Assembly: GCA_017520635.1 (NCBI GenBank)
Contig: JAFXFI010000004.1
Location: forward strand, 14,857-78,856
DNA from: Clostridia bacterium
GTDB lineage: Bacteria > Bacillota > Clostridia > Oscillospirales > Acutalibacteraceae
Length of the DNA: 64,000 nt
Direction of reading: 5' to 3'
How positions within the stretch are numbered: the stretch's first letter is position 1; each line of letters begins with the position of its first letter. The notes under the pieces were generated by a model that saw nothing but the letters and a program-made list of their open reading frames with translations, ran no database searches and was not told where the DNA came from. Positions 28,103 through 35,910 of this stretch are shown piece by piece. The position numbers and the translations under genes were made by a program.

Positions 28103-28695
28103 GTACTTTAAAACCTTTACTTGCAATTCTGCTTACTGCGATTCTTACACAGAACTTTGTTCTTGCTAAATTCCTCGGTATCTGCCCCTTCCTTGGTGTT
28201 TCGAAGAAAACAAAAACTGCTACAGGTATGAGCCTTGCAGTTATCTTCGTTATGGTTCTTTCAACAGCCGTAACATTTCCCATTAACAATCTTCTTGTAA
28301 AGCATAACCTCGAATATCTTCAGACTATTGTGTTTATTCTCGTTATTGCGGCACTTGTTCAGCTTGTTGAAATTGTGTTGAAGAAGTATATGCCTCCTCT
28401 TTACAATTCTCTCGGCATCTATCTTCCGCTTATCACAACAAACTGTGCAGTTCTCGGTGTTGTACTTCTCAACATCGACAATGGCTACGGCTTTGCACAG
28501 TCAATGATAAATTCACTTGGTGCAGGTATCGGTTTCCTGGTTGCTATGGTTATGTTCTCAGGTGTCCGCGAAAGAATGGAATCAAGCGACATTCCCGAAA
28601 GTCTTAAAGGTCTGCCCATAACTCTTGTTGCTGCAGCTCTTGTTTCAATGTCATTCCTGGGCTTTGCAGGACTTGTAGAAAACATTTTCGCTTAA
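28099..28695 (+). CDS. rnfA: Rnf complex subunit A
   Basis: 198 aa membrane protein. It contains NFVLAKFLGICPFLGVS. Confidence 0.88.
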   Translation: MSTLKPLLAILLTAILTQNFVLAKFLGICPFLGVSKKTKTATGMSLAVIFVMVLSTAVTFPINNLLVKHNLEYLQTIVFILVIAALVQLVEIVLKKYMPPLYNSLGIYLPLITTNCAVLGVVLLNIDNGYGFAQSMINSLGAGIGFLVAMVMFSGVRERMESSDIPESLKGLPITLVAAALVSMSFLGFAGLVENIFA

Positions 28696-28708
28696 AGGAG
28701 GTAGCAGA

Positions 28709-29512
28709 ATGAGTCCCATAGTTATTGCAATTATTATTGTTGCCTCAATAGGTCTTATCGCAGGTCTCGGTCTTGCAATTGCTTCAATTGTTATGGCTGT
28801 GCCCGTCGATGAAAAAGCTGAAAAAATCAGAGAATGTCTTCCCGGTGCAAACTGTGGTGCATGTGGTTTTTCAGGATGCGACGGTTATGCTGCTGCACTT
28901 TCAAAGGGTGAAACAACAGAGACAAACCTCTGTTCTCCCGGAGGAAGTGATGTTTCAGCACAGATTGCTGAAATCACAGGTCTTGCAGCAGGTTCAGTTG
29001 ACCCGAAAGCAGCAATTGTTCTTTGTCAGGGAAGCTGCGGAAACTGCGATACAAAGCTTGATTACGAAGGTGTCAAGAGTTGTAAAATGGCTGAACAGCT
29101 TTTCGGCGGTCCTAAAAAATGTCAGTACGGTTGTATCGGTTTCGGTGACTGTATTGAAGCGTGTCCTTATGATGCAATTAAAATTTGTGACGGTGTTGCG
29201 AGAATTGACCCCACAATGTGCCGTGCATGCGGTATGTGTATTAAAACCTGTCCCAAGCATCTTATTGAGCTTATGCCTGTTCACCAGGAAAAAGCAGCAG
29301 TTCTTTGTAAGAATGGCGATAAAGGTGCAATGACAAGAAAAGAATGTAAAACAGGTTGTATCGGTTGCATGAAATGTGCAAAAACTTGTGAATTCGGTGC
29401 AGTTACTGTTGAAGGAAACCGTGCACATGTTGACTATGACAAATGTACAGGCTGCGGTAAATGTACAGAAGTCTGCCCTGTTAAGTGTATTGCACTTATT
29501 AATCTCGGCTGA
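28709..29512 (+). CDS. rnfB: Rnf complex subunit B (polyferredoxin)
   Basis: It has an N-terminal TM segment, LPGANCGACGFSGCDGYA, and several CxxCxxCxxxCP motifs. Confidence 0.9.
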   Translation: MSPIVIAIIIVASIGLIAGLGLAIASIVMAVPVDEKAEKIRECLPGANCGACGFSGCDGYAAALSKGETTETNLCSPGGSDVSAQIAEITGLAAGSVDPKAAIVLCQGSCGNCDTKLDYEGVKSCKMAEQLFGGPKKCQYGCIGFGDCIEACPYDAIKICDGVARIDPTMCRACGMCIKTCPKHLIELMPVHQEKAAVLCKNGDKGAMTRKECKTGCIGCMKCAKTCEFGAVTVEGNRAHVDYDKCTGCGKCTEVCPVKCIALINLG

Positions 29513-30159
29513 TGTATAAGTGTGTTATTTTTGACCTTGACGGAACGCTTCTTGATACACTTGAGGATTTGGCTGACAGCGTAAACATGATGCTTGAAAA
29601 ATTCTCATGTCCTCAGAGAAGTCTTGAAGAAATAAGACAATTTGTCGGCAACGGTATGAGAAAGCTTGTGGAAAGAAGTGTTCCCGAAAGCTTTGACAAA
29701 AACAAGCGGGACTCTGCTTATGAATTTTTCAGAGAAGCTTACAGAAAAAACATGCAGAACAAAACACAACCATATAATGGTATTGCAGAGTGTCTTGAAG
29801 AATTAAACAATCTCGGTATAAAAATCGCAGTCACATCAAATAAAAACGATGATGCGGTAAAAAATCTTTGTAAAGAATATTTCGGTGAACTTATTACTAT
29901 TGCCGTTGGTGTGAGAGAGGGTATACCATCAAAACCTCATCCTGAAATGGTAAACAAAGTTATTGATGAGATGTGTTTTGAAAAAAGCGACTGCATTTTT
30001 GTAGGTGATTCGGAAACGGATATCAGAACTGCAAAAAACGCAGGACTTACATCTGTAGGTGTTTTATGGGGATTCCGTGACAGAGAAATTCTGGAAAAAG
30101 AAAATGCAGATTATATAATTTCTCATCCGTCAGAGTTAACAGGCATTGTTGCAGAATAA
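29512..30159 (+). CDS. HAD-superfamily hydrolase (phosphoglycolate phosphatase-like)
   Basis: It has the VIFDLDGTLLDT motif I, a TSNK motif II region and a GDSETDI motif. Its ATG overlaps the rnfB stop by 1 nt. Confidence 0.75.
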   Translation: MYKCVIFDLDGTLLDTLEDLADSVNMMLEKFSCPQRSLEEIRQFVGNGMRKLVERSVPESFDKNKRDSAYEFFREAYRKNMQNKTQPYNGIAECLEELNNLGIKIAVTSNKNDDAVKNLCKEYFGELITIAVGVREGIPSKPHPEMVNKVIDEMCFEKSDCIFVGDSETDIRTAKNAGLTSVGVLWGFRDREILEKENADYIISHPSELTGIVAE

Positions 30160-30259
30160 TTTTTAATGTTTTATAATCAATATTCTATTGACAAAAAGTC
30201 AAATTTATAGTAGATTTATAACAATCATAAATATAATTTTTGAAAGGGGAACAAAACCA

Positions 30260-31216
30260 ATGAAAAAGATTTTAGCAATGCTCATGGCAGTTCTCATGCT
30301 CGTATCATTCGCAGCATGTGGCGGCAACAACAATGAAGAAGAAACAACAACAAATCCTGAAGTTGTAACAGATGCTCCTGTTAATTCAGAAGGTGAAGAA
30401 GTAACAGATGCTCCTGAAGTAGAAAACGAAACAGAAGCTGAAGAAGTTACTGAAGAAGGCGAAACAGAAGCTGAAGAAGCTACTGAAGAAGGCGAAACAG
30501 AAGCTGAAGAAGAAACAAAGAAAGAAGACAAACCTGCAGACAAACCCGCAAAGGTAGAAAAACTTACAGCTGATAAACTTGCAAGTCTTATGAACTCAGC
30601 AACAAAAGCTGTTGTTTCAAATGGTAGCTACAGCTACAACAGAGTTTGTGCTTTCGTTCCCGGAAAGGGTATTGATGTTGGTGACAAAACAGCAACATTG
30701 AACAAGCTTATCGGTATGGTTGCTGACGACGCAAATCTTGACAGCGTTGTTGGCGGATTTATCGGAATCGGTACAAAGCAGGGTACAATGCCGAAGGATA
30801 AGGATTCTCTTAAGGATAACTACGAGATTAAAGCTACTGCTCTCAAGGGCTCCGACATCCAGAATCTTAAAGAGGCAAATGGTGTTTACTCCTTTACAAT
30901 TGCTAATGCAACAGACCCCCAGAAGGATAACAAAACTCCCGTATCAAGATTCACTAACGATTTCATCACACACAAAGAAGTTGTTGATGGTATCGCAGAT
31001 GCTCTTGGCGGACTTGCTAACCTGCTTACAGTTAACAGCACAAAGGTTAATTACAAATCAATTGAAGTTGAAGTAACTGTTAAAGACGGAAAAATTACAA
31101 ACATTGCATATTCATATACATTTGATGCTGTTCTTAATCTTAAGGCATTAGGCGTTAAGATTGATGGTACAGGTACAGCAACAACAAACGGTGAATTTTC
31201 AAATATCAAATATTAA
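30260..31216 (+). CDS. Lipoprotein with an acidic Glu/Thr-rich repeat linker and a C-terminal domain of unknown function
   Basis: ATG at 30260. The lipobox is LVSFAACGG. The tandem repeat is EAEEVTEEGET/EAEEATEEGET. The track ORF starts upstream at 30188. Confidence 0.6.
   Translation: MKKILAMLMAVLMLVSFAACGGNNNEEETTTNPEVVTDAPVNSEGEEVTDAPEVENETEAEEVTEEGETEAEEATEEGETEAEEETKKEDKPADKPAKVEKLTADKLASLMNSATKAVVSNGSYSYNRVCAFVPGKGIDVGDKTATLNKLIGMVADDANLDSVVGGFIGIGTKQGTMPKDKDSLKDNYEIKATALKGSDIQNLKEANGVYSFTIANATDPQKDNKTPVSRFTNDFITHKEVVDGIADALGGLANLLTVNSTKVNYKSIEVEVTVKDGKITNIAYSYTFDAVLNLKALGVKIDGTGTATTNGEFSNIKY
30281..30535 (+). repeat. 255 nt segment near-identical to 31456-31710; contains about 2.5 tandem copies of a 33 nt unit
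   Basis: A direct by-eye comparison shows only a handful of substitutions across 255 nt. The flanking coding sequence is diverged. Confidence 0.85.
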
Positions 31217-31234
31217 TTAGGTGTTTAATCTGAT

Positions 31235-31275
31235 TTACAGGGTTGTTGCATTGCAACAGCCCTGTAATATTTTTA
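31235..31275 (+). terminator. Intrinsic terminator
   Basis: The 16 bp stem ttacagggttgttgca/tgcaacagccctgtaa is followed by tattttt. Confidence 0.75.
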
Positions 31276-31295
31276 AAAACTAAAAGAATTTTTAA

Positions 31296-31415
31296 AAACA
31301 CTTGATTTTTTGTGATTTTTTTGTTACCATGATATGGTACGGAATATGATTATAAAGAAAAATATCCGACAAGTACAGCTGACGTGAAGAAAACAAAACG
31401 TTAGTAAAACAAAAA
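31296..31415 (+). promoter_or_regulatory. Duplicated promoter/leader module, copy A (TTGATT-17-TACCAT plus about 90 nt of leader)
   Basis: It aligns with 32499-32612. The stretch aaacacttgattttttgt.atttttttgttac.at is shared between the two, as are ggaatatga and a later block, acgtgagtaaaacaaaaa in copy B and acgttagtaaaacaaaaa in copy A. Confidence 0.55.
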
Positions 31416-31434
31416 TTTAAAGGAGAAAATTATT

Positions 31435-32373
31435 ATGAAGAAATTACTTGCACTTCTCATGGCAGTTCTCATGCTCGTATCATTCGCAGCATGCGGCGGC
31501 AACAACAATGAAGAAGAAACAACAACAAATCCCGAAGTTGTAACAGATGCTCCTGTTAATTCAGATGGTGAAGAAGTAACAGATGCTCCTGAACCTGAAA
31601 ACGAAACAGAGGCTGAAGAAGTTACTGAAGAAGGCGAAACAGAAGCTGAAGAAGCTACTGAAGAAGGCGAAACAGAAGCTGAAGAAGAAACAAAGAAAGA
31701 AGACAAACCTTCTAAAGAACCCGCAACAAAGAAACCCGCTAAAGAAGAAGGCGCAAAGCCCGTTTCACAGTGGTCAAAGCAGGAAATTCTTGATTACTAT
31801 AACAAAGCAGTTGTAGCAACAGACAAAAAAGCTCCTCAGGGACAGTCAGTTATGAAACTCGGTAACAACGGTTCAATCACAGCAGATGGTGCTATCGGCG
31901 GTCTCCTTAAAGTTGCATCTCCCATTATCAAATCTGCTCTTGAAAGAAACTCATCTCCCACAACTAATATTCCCGGTTACGGCGAAATCAAGATGTCTGA
32001 CCTTAAATCAATCAAGGCTACAGAAAAGAACGGTGTTATCACAGTTGAAATCGTTTCTAAGGAACAGACAGACGGTCCTTCAGCAGACGGTTCAGCAGGT
32101 CCTGTAGGTCGTGTTCTTGGTACTCTTGGTGATATTGAAGGTGCACTTAAAGAACTCAGTGCTGAAATTTCACGCGGTAGAGAAACAGTTTCTCTTACTT
32201 ACACAGATGTAACAGTTAAAGCTAACATTGATGCAAAAACAGGTATCATCACAAGTGGTACATGGCACTATCTTGTAAACATTCTTGTCAAGGATGCAGA
32301 TATCAAAATCAGCATCATCAGTGCTGCAATCAAGAACCTTAAAGCAGTGGTTGACTACACAGTTACATTCTAA
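31435..32373 (+). CDS. Lipoprotein paralog with the same acidic N-terminal linker and a different C-terminal domain of unknown function
   Basis: The lipobox is LVSFAACGG. The first roughly 90 aa are almost identical to the 30260 gene product, and the remainder is diverged. Confidence 0.6.
   Translation: MKKLLALLMAVLMLVSFAACGGNNNEEETTTNPEVVTDAPVNSDGEEVTDAPEPENETEAEEVTEEGETEAEEATEEGETEAEEETKKEDKPSKEPATKKPAKEEGAKPVSQWSKQEILDYYNKAVVATDKKAPQGQSVMKLGNNGSITADGAIGGLLKVASPIIKSALERNSSPTTNIPGYGEIKMSDLKSIKATEKNGVITVEIVSKEQTDGPSADGSAGPVGRVLGTLGDIEGALKELSAEISRGRETVSLTYTDVTVKANIDAKTGIITSGTWHYLVNILVKDADIKISIISAAIKNLKAVVDYTVTF
31456..31710 (+). repeat. 255 nt segment near-identical to 30281-30535
   Basis: See the entry for 30281-30535. 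Confidence 0.85.
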
Positions 32374-32389
32374 TAATTCTTAATAAATT

Positions 32390-32422
32390 AAGACTATATC
32401 CGAAAGGGTATAGTCTTTTTTG
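32390..32422 (+). terminator. Intrinsic terminator
   Basis: The stem aagactata/tatagtctt, with inner pairing, is followed by tttttg. Confidence 0.7.
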
Positions 32423-32498
32423 TATGTATATTTTTGTCATAATACCACATATTGTGTAAATTCGGAAACAAAAAATTAAAAAATGTTAACTTTTCATT

Positions 32499-32612
32499 AA
32501 ACACTTGATTTTTTGTAATTTTTTTGTTACTATTATAGGGCATGGAATATGACTAAAAACTATGGAAGTATTATAAGCGTGGAGGGAAACGAAACGTGAG
32601 TAAAACAAAAAG
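32499..32612 (+). promoter_or_regulatory. Duplicated promoter/leader module, copy B (TTGATT-17-TACTAT plus leader, running into the first codons of the SpoIID-like gene)
   Basis: It aligns with 31296-31415. In this copy the module includes a GGAGG RBS and the GTG start at 32596. Confidence 0.55.
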
Positions 32613-33681
32613 AAGTTTAAGTGTGCTTTTAGCTGTCCTTATATTTGCTTTGAGTTTAAGCATTGTAAATGTTTTTGCTGCGACAACGGGTGATGTAAAC
32701 GGTGACGGCAATGTAACTGTCAGTGATGTAATGATAGTGTTCAATCACATTTCCGGTAAAGATGAATTATCTGAAGAAGAGCTTAAAAAAGCTGATGTGA
32801 ACAAGGACGGCAACATAAACGTTGCTGACGCAATGAAAATTTATAATATTATCCTCGGCAAAGAAGACGGAGAAAAAGCCGAAGGTAAATTTGTAATCAC
32901 AACTTACGGTTGGGGTCACGATATCGGTATGAGCCAGAACGGTGCAAATCTTTATGCCAAAAATGACGGTGCAGACTATAAATGGATTTTAGACCACTAT
33001 TTCCCCGGCACAACACTTGTAGAAAGTGATGAAAATGCTCCCGAGAAAGTAAAATACAACGGCAAAGAGTATGAAATGAGAGACTATCTTGCAGCTTCTC
33101 TTTATGCTGAAATGGGTCCGTCTTTCCACAAGGAAGCACTTAAAGCGCAGTGTATTGCAATTTATACATACGGTAAATATCACAACAACTTCGGTATAAA
33201 TTTTGTTGCCAATGATCATGCACTGAAAACAGACGTGAAGAATGCTGACAAGAGTAATGTTATATATGACATTGTTGATGAAGTAATGGGACAGTATCTC
33301 ACATATGAAGGTAAAATTGCACTGTCTGTTTATTCAGCAACTTCAGCAGGCACAACTGCAAAATGCTCAGATATCTGGGTTCAGGATCTTCCTTATCTTA
33401 CACGTGTTGAAAGTAAATATGACTATACAGCACCCGGTTATGAGAAACAGGTAACATATACTGAGGAAGAAATGAAGTATAAGCTTGAAAATATTTTCGG
33501 TATAACACTTTCTTCAGACCCCGAAAGCTGGATTGAGATTATTTCTCATGACAAAGCAGTTAATGAAAATATCGGACATGCTCTTTCTGTTTCAATTGAC
33601 GGACAGAAAACAGTAAAGGGTGCAAGACTTTATGAAAAACTGGGTCTTCGTTCACCTTGCTACACCGTTGAATATATTTAA
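32596..33681 (+). CDS. Secreted protein with an N-terminal dockerin and a SpoIID/LytB-like domain
   Basis: It has a signal peptide. The dockerin repeats are GDVNGDGNVTVSDVMIVFNHI and ADVNKDGNINVADAMKIYNII. GWGHDIGMSQNGANLYA and YSATSAGTT resemble SpoIID/LytB-domain motifs. Confidence 0.7.
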   Translation: MSKTKRSLSVLLAVLIFALSLSIVNVFAATTGDVNGDGNVTVSDVMIVFNHISGKDELSEEELKKADVNKDGNINVADAMKIYNIILGKEDGEKAEGKFVITTYGWGHDIGMSQNGANLYAKNDGADYKWILDHYFPGTTLVESDENAPEKVKYNGKEYEMRDYLAASLYAEMGPSFHKEALKAQCIAIYTYGKYHNNFGINFVANDHALKTDVKNADKSNVIYDIVDEVMGQYLTYEGKIALSVYSATSAGTTAKCSDIWVQDLPYLTRVESKYDYTAPGYEKQVTYTEEEMKYKLENIFGITLSSDPESWIEIISHDKAVNENIGHALSVSIDGQKTVKGARLYEKLGLRSPCYTVEYI

Positions 33682-33748
33682 AAATTTATAGGGGCTGTAA
33701 AAAAATAATCTTTAAAAAGCCAATGAGAACAGGTGCTTGAATAAAGTT

Positions 33749-33792
33749 AAATGCATCAGAAGTTTTAAATTTAAACTTCTGATGCATTTTTT
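33749..33792 (+). terminator. Intrinsic terminator
   Basis: The 17 bp stem aaatgcatcagaagttt/aaacttctgatgcattt is followed by a T-run. Confidence 0.8.
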
Positions 33793-33826
33793 ACGTTTTC
33801 TCTTTATAAAATATAATTTACCACAA

Positions 33827-33878
33827 CAATTCCAAACGCGTCATTCTCGAGCGAAGCGAAGAATCTCGTTTGGAATTG
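33827..33878. repeat. Conserved-core hairpin repeat, copy b (core inverted)
   Basis: The stem caattccaaacg/cgtttggaattg encloses cgtcattctcgagcgaagcgaagaatct. Confidence 0.75.
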
Positions 33879-33887
33879 GTTCATGTG

Positions 33888-33939
33888 TTGCCATTTTGAG
33901 ATCCTTCGCTTACGCTCAAGGATGACAACAAAATGGCAA
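33888..33939. repeat. Conserved-core hairpin repeat, copy c
   Basis: The stem ttgccattttg/caaaatggcaa encloses agatccttcgcttacgctcaaggatgac. Confidence 0.75.
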
Positions 33940-34061
33940 GGTGGGTTACATATAAAATAAAATTTGTTTTTTACAGCTCCTTTTCTTTTTAAAACTCATT
34001 GAAAAAGTAATACAAGTGTGTTAAAATATTTCCGTAAATAAAAAGCAAGGAGAAATGGAAA

Positions 34062-34643
34062 ATGGCACAGCTTAAAATGTATTGGAAAAGACAACAGCCT
34101 CAGCCCATCGTACTTCCCGAAGGCTTTACTGTTTCTAACTATAAAGATGAAAGTGACATCCCTGCATGGATTGAAATCTGCAAAAACGGTCTTGTAGGCG
34201 AAGATGCAACAGAAAAGAATTTTCAGGATGCTATATTCGGTTGTGATGACCTTATCCCTGAAAAAGACCTTTTCTTCATTGATTACAACGGAGAACACGT
34301 TGCAACAACTGCAGTAATCTATCATCCCGATAAAAACATGGGTCATGTTCACATGGTATCAGTCAGAAGCGATATGAGAGGCAAAGGTCTCGGTAACGTG
34401 CTTAATCAGATTGCTGTAAATAAGCTTTATAACGACGGTTGTGATTACGCTTTCCTTACAACAGATGAATGGAGAAAGGCTGCAGTAAAGAGTTATCTTT
34501 CTTACGGCTTCCAGCCTGTTGAATATGATGAAGGCATGTATGACCGTTGGGTTGCTGTTATGAAAGAATACGGCATTAAAGAGCTTGAAATGCTCAAGGA
34601 AGAAGACGCAAGTCATCATTGCTTTATTAAATTGGAGGACTAA
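34062..34643 (+). CDS. GNAT-family N-acetyltransferase
   Basis: 193 aa. VSVRSDMRGKGLGNVLNQIAVNKL is a GNAT motif A. A candidate promoter TTGAAA-17-TAAAAT lies at 33999-34027. Confidence 0.7.
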   Translation: MAQLKMYWKRQQPQPIVLPEGFTVSNYKDESDIPAWIEICKNGLVGEDATEKNFQDAIFGCDDLIPEKDLFFIDYNGEHVATTAVIYHPDKNMGHVHMVSVRSDMRGKGLGNVLNQIAVNKLYNDGCDYAFLTTDEWRKAAVKSYLSYGFQPVEYDEGMYDRWVAVMKEYGIKELEMLKEEDASHHCFIKLED

Positions 34644-34646
34644 AAA

Positions 34647-35768
34647 ATGAGCAAGAAAATCAAAGTCGGTATTGTAGGTGCGAGAGGCAAATGTATGATT
34701 ATGGGCCTGCAGAATTGCGAAAATGTTGAAATCACAGCAATCTGCGACCTTGATGAAGATGTTCTTAAGGAAATTTCCGAAAAGTATAACATCCCCAATA
34801 CATACAGAATTTATGACGATATGCTTGAAAGTGATATTGATGCTGTTATCGTTGCAACTCCCATGCAGTACCATGTAATGCAGACTCTTGCTGCTCTTGA
34901 AGCAGGCAAGCATGTTATGAGTGAAGTTACTGCAGGTGTTACAATGGATGAGCTCCATTGGCTTGTTGAAGCTGTTGAAAAAAGCGGCAAAGTATATATG
35001 ATGGCAGAAAACTACTGCTATTCACCTCAGGCTCAGATGATAAGAAACATGTCTGAGGCAGGTCTTTTCGGACAGCTTTACTATGCAGAGGGTGAATATC
35101 TTCACGATATCAAAGATCTTGCAGTTTACAAAAACGGCAAGACTTCATGGAGAACTTATTGGCAGTTAGGCACAAGAGGATGCTTCTATCCCACACATTC
35201 ACTTGGCCCTGTTATGAAATGCTTCCCTGCAGGTAAGAGAATTACATCTGTTTCTTCCTTCGGTACAGGCAGCTTTACTGCACCTCAGTTCCATCAGGAC
35301 GATACAACAGTTACAATGTGCACTCTTGATGGTGGTGAACTTGTAAAAGTGCGTGTTGACTGTATTTCAAACAGACCTCATAAAATGAACTATTATCTTC
35401 TTCAGGGTACAAACGGTGCTTATGAAGCTCCCAGAGGTATGGATGAACAGCACAAGGTTCATATTATGCCTGAGGGCGCAGAATATGGTTACAAACAGGA
35501 ATGGACACCTCTTAAGGAATATGAGGGACTCTATCTTCCCGAAAGATACAAAACTGCAACAGAAGAACAGAGAAAAACAGGTCACGAGGGCGGAGATTTC
35601 TTTATCGTTAAAGATTTCATTGACGCTATCGCTAACGGTACAAAGCCTTATATTGACGTTTACGATGCAGCTGAATGGAGTGCAGTAGCTCTTCTTTCAA
35701 ATATTTCTGTTCAGAACGGCGGTAAGGCTATGGATATGCCTAATTTCAGAAAAAATCAGAAAGTATAA
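34647..35768 (+). CDS. Gfo/Idh/MocA-family NAD(P)-dependent oxidoreductase
   Basis: The N-terminal Rossmann segment is KVGIVGARGKCMIMGL. The EKP-like region is replaced by SEVTAG. Its length and the C-terminal alpha/beta domain are typical of the family. Confidence 0.65.
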   Translation: MSKKIKVGIVGARGKCMIMGLQNCENVEITAICDLDEDVLKEISEKYNIPNTYRIYDDMLESDIDAVIVATPMQYHVMQTLAALEAGKHVMSEVTAGVTMDELHWLVEAVEKSGKVYMMAENYCYSPQAQMIRNMSEAGLFGQLYYAEGEYLHDIKDLAVYKNGKTSWRTYWQLGTRGCFYPTHSLGPVMKCFPAGKRITSVSSFGTGSFTAPQFHQDDTTVTMCTLDGGELVKVRVDCISNRPHKMNYYLLQGTNGAYEAPRGMDEQHKVHIMPEGAEYGYKQEWTPLKEYEGLYLPERYKTATEEQRKTGHEGGDFFIVKDFIDAIANGTKPYIDVYDAAEWSAVALLSNISVQNGGKAMDMPNFRKNQKV

Positions 35769-35840
35769 CAAAGGTTATTTTGTGTATATTGACTTTTGTA
35801 TATATTTGGATTAAGATATTGTTATAATAATTAAATCGGA

Positions 35841-35896
35841 GGGAAAACTGACAACTCGAAAAGTTTTTAGGTTGTGGGTTTTCCTTTTGTTTATTT
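35841..35896 (+). terminator. Terminator-like hairpin located between a promoter-like sequence and glpK (candidate leader attenuator, or the terminator of the upstream gene)
   Basis: ggaaaac(t) pairs with (g)gttttcc, and the inner acaac pairs with gttgt. The hairpin is followed by ttttgtttattt. A candidate promoter TTGACT-17-TAAGAT lies at 35789-35817. Confidence 0.5.
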
Positions 35897-35910
35897 CAGG
35901 AGGATAGCAC

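Noticed and set aside
30434-30517. Tandem 33 nt direct repeats that could be mistaken for a small CRISPR-like or minisatellite array.
   Set aside because: The repeats are in frame inside a lipoprotein gene and encode the acidic linker EAEEVTEEGET. They have no spacers, and no cas genes occur in the window.
33737-33925. 62 aa plus-strand ORF.
   Set aside because: It spans a terminator hairpin and two copies of the conserved-core hairpin repeat. It has no RBS, and its peptide is simply the repeat read in one frame.
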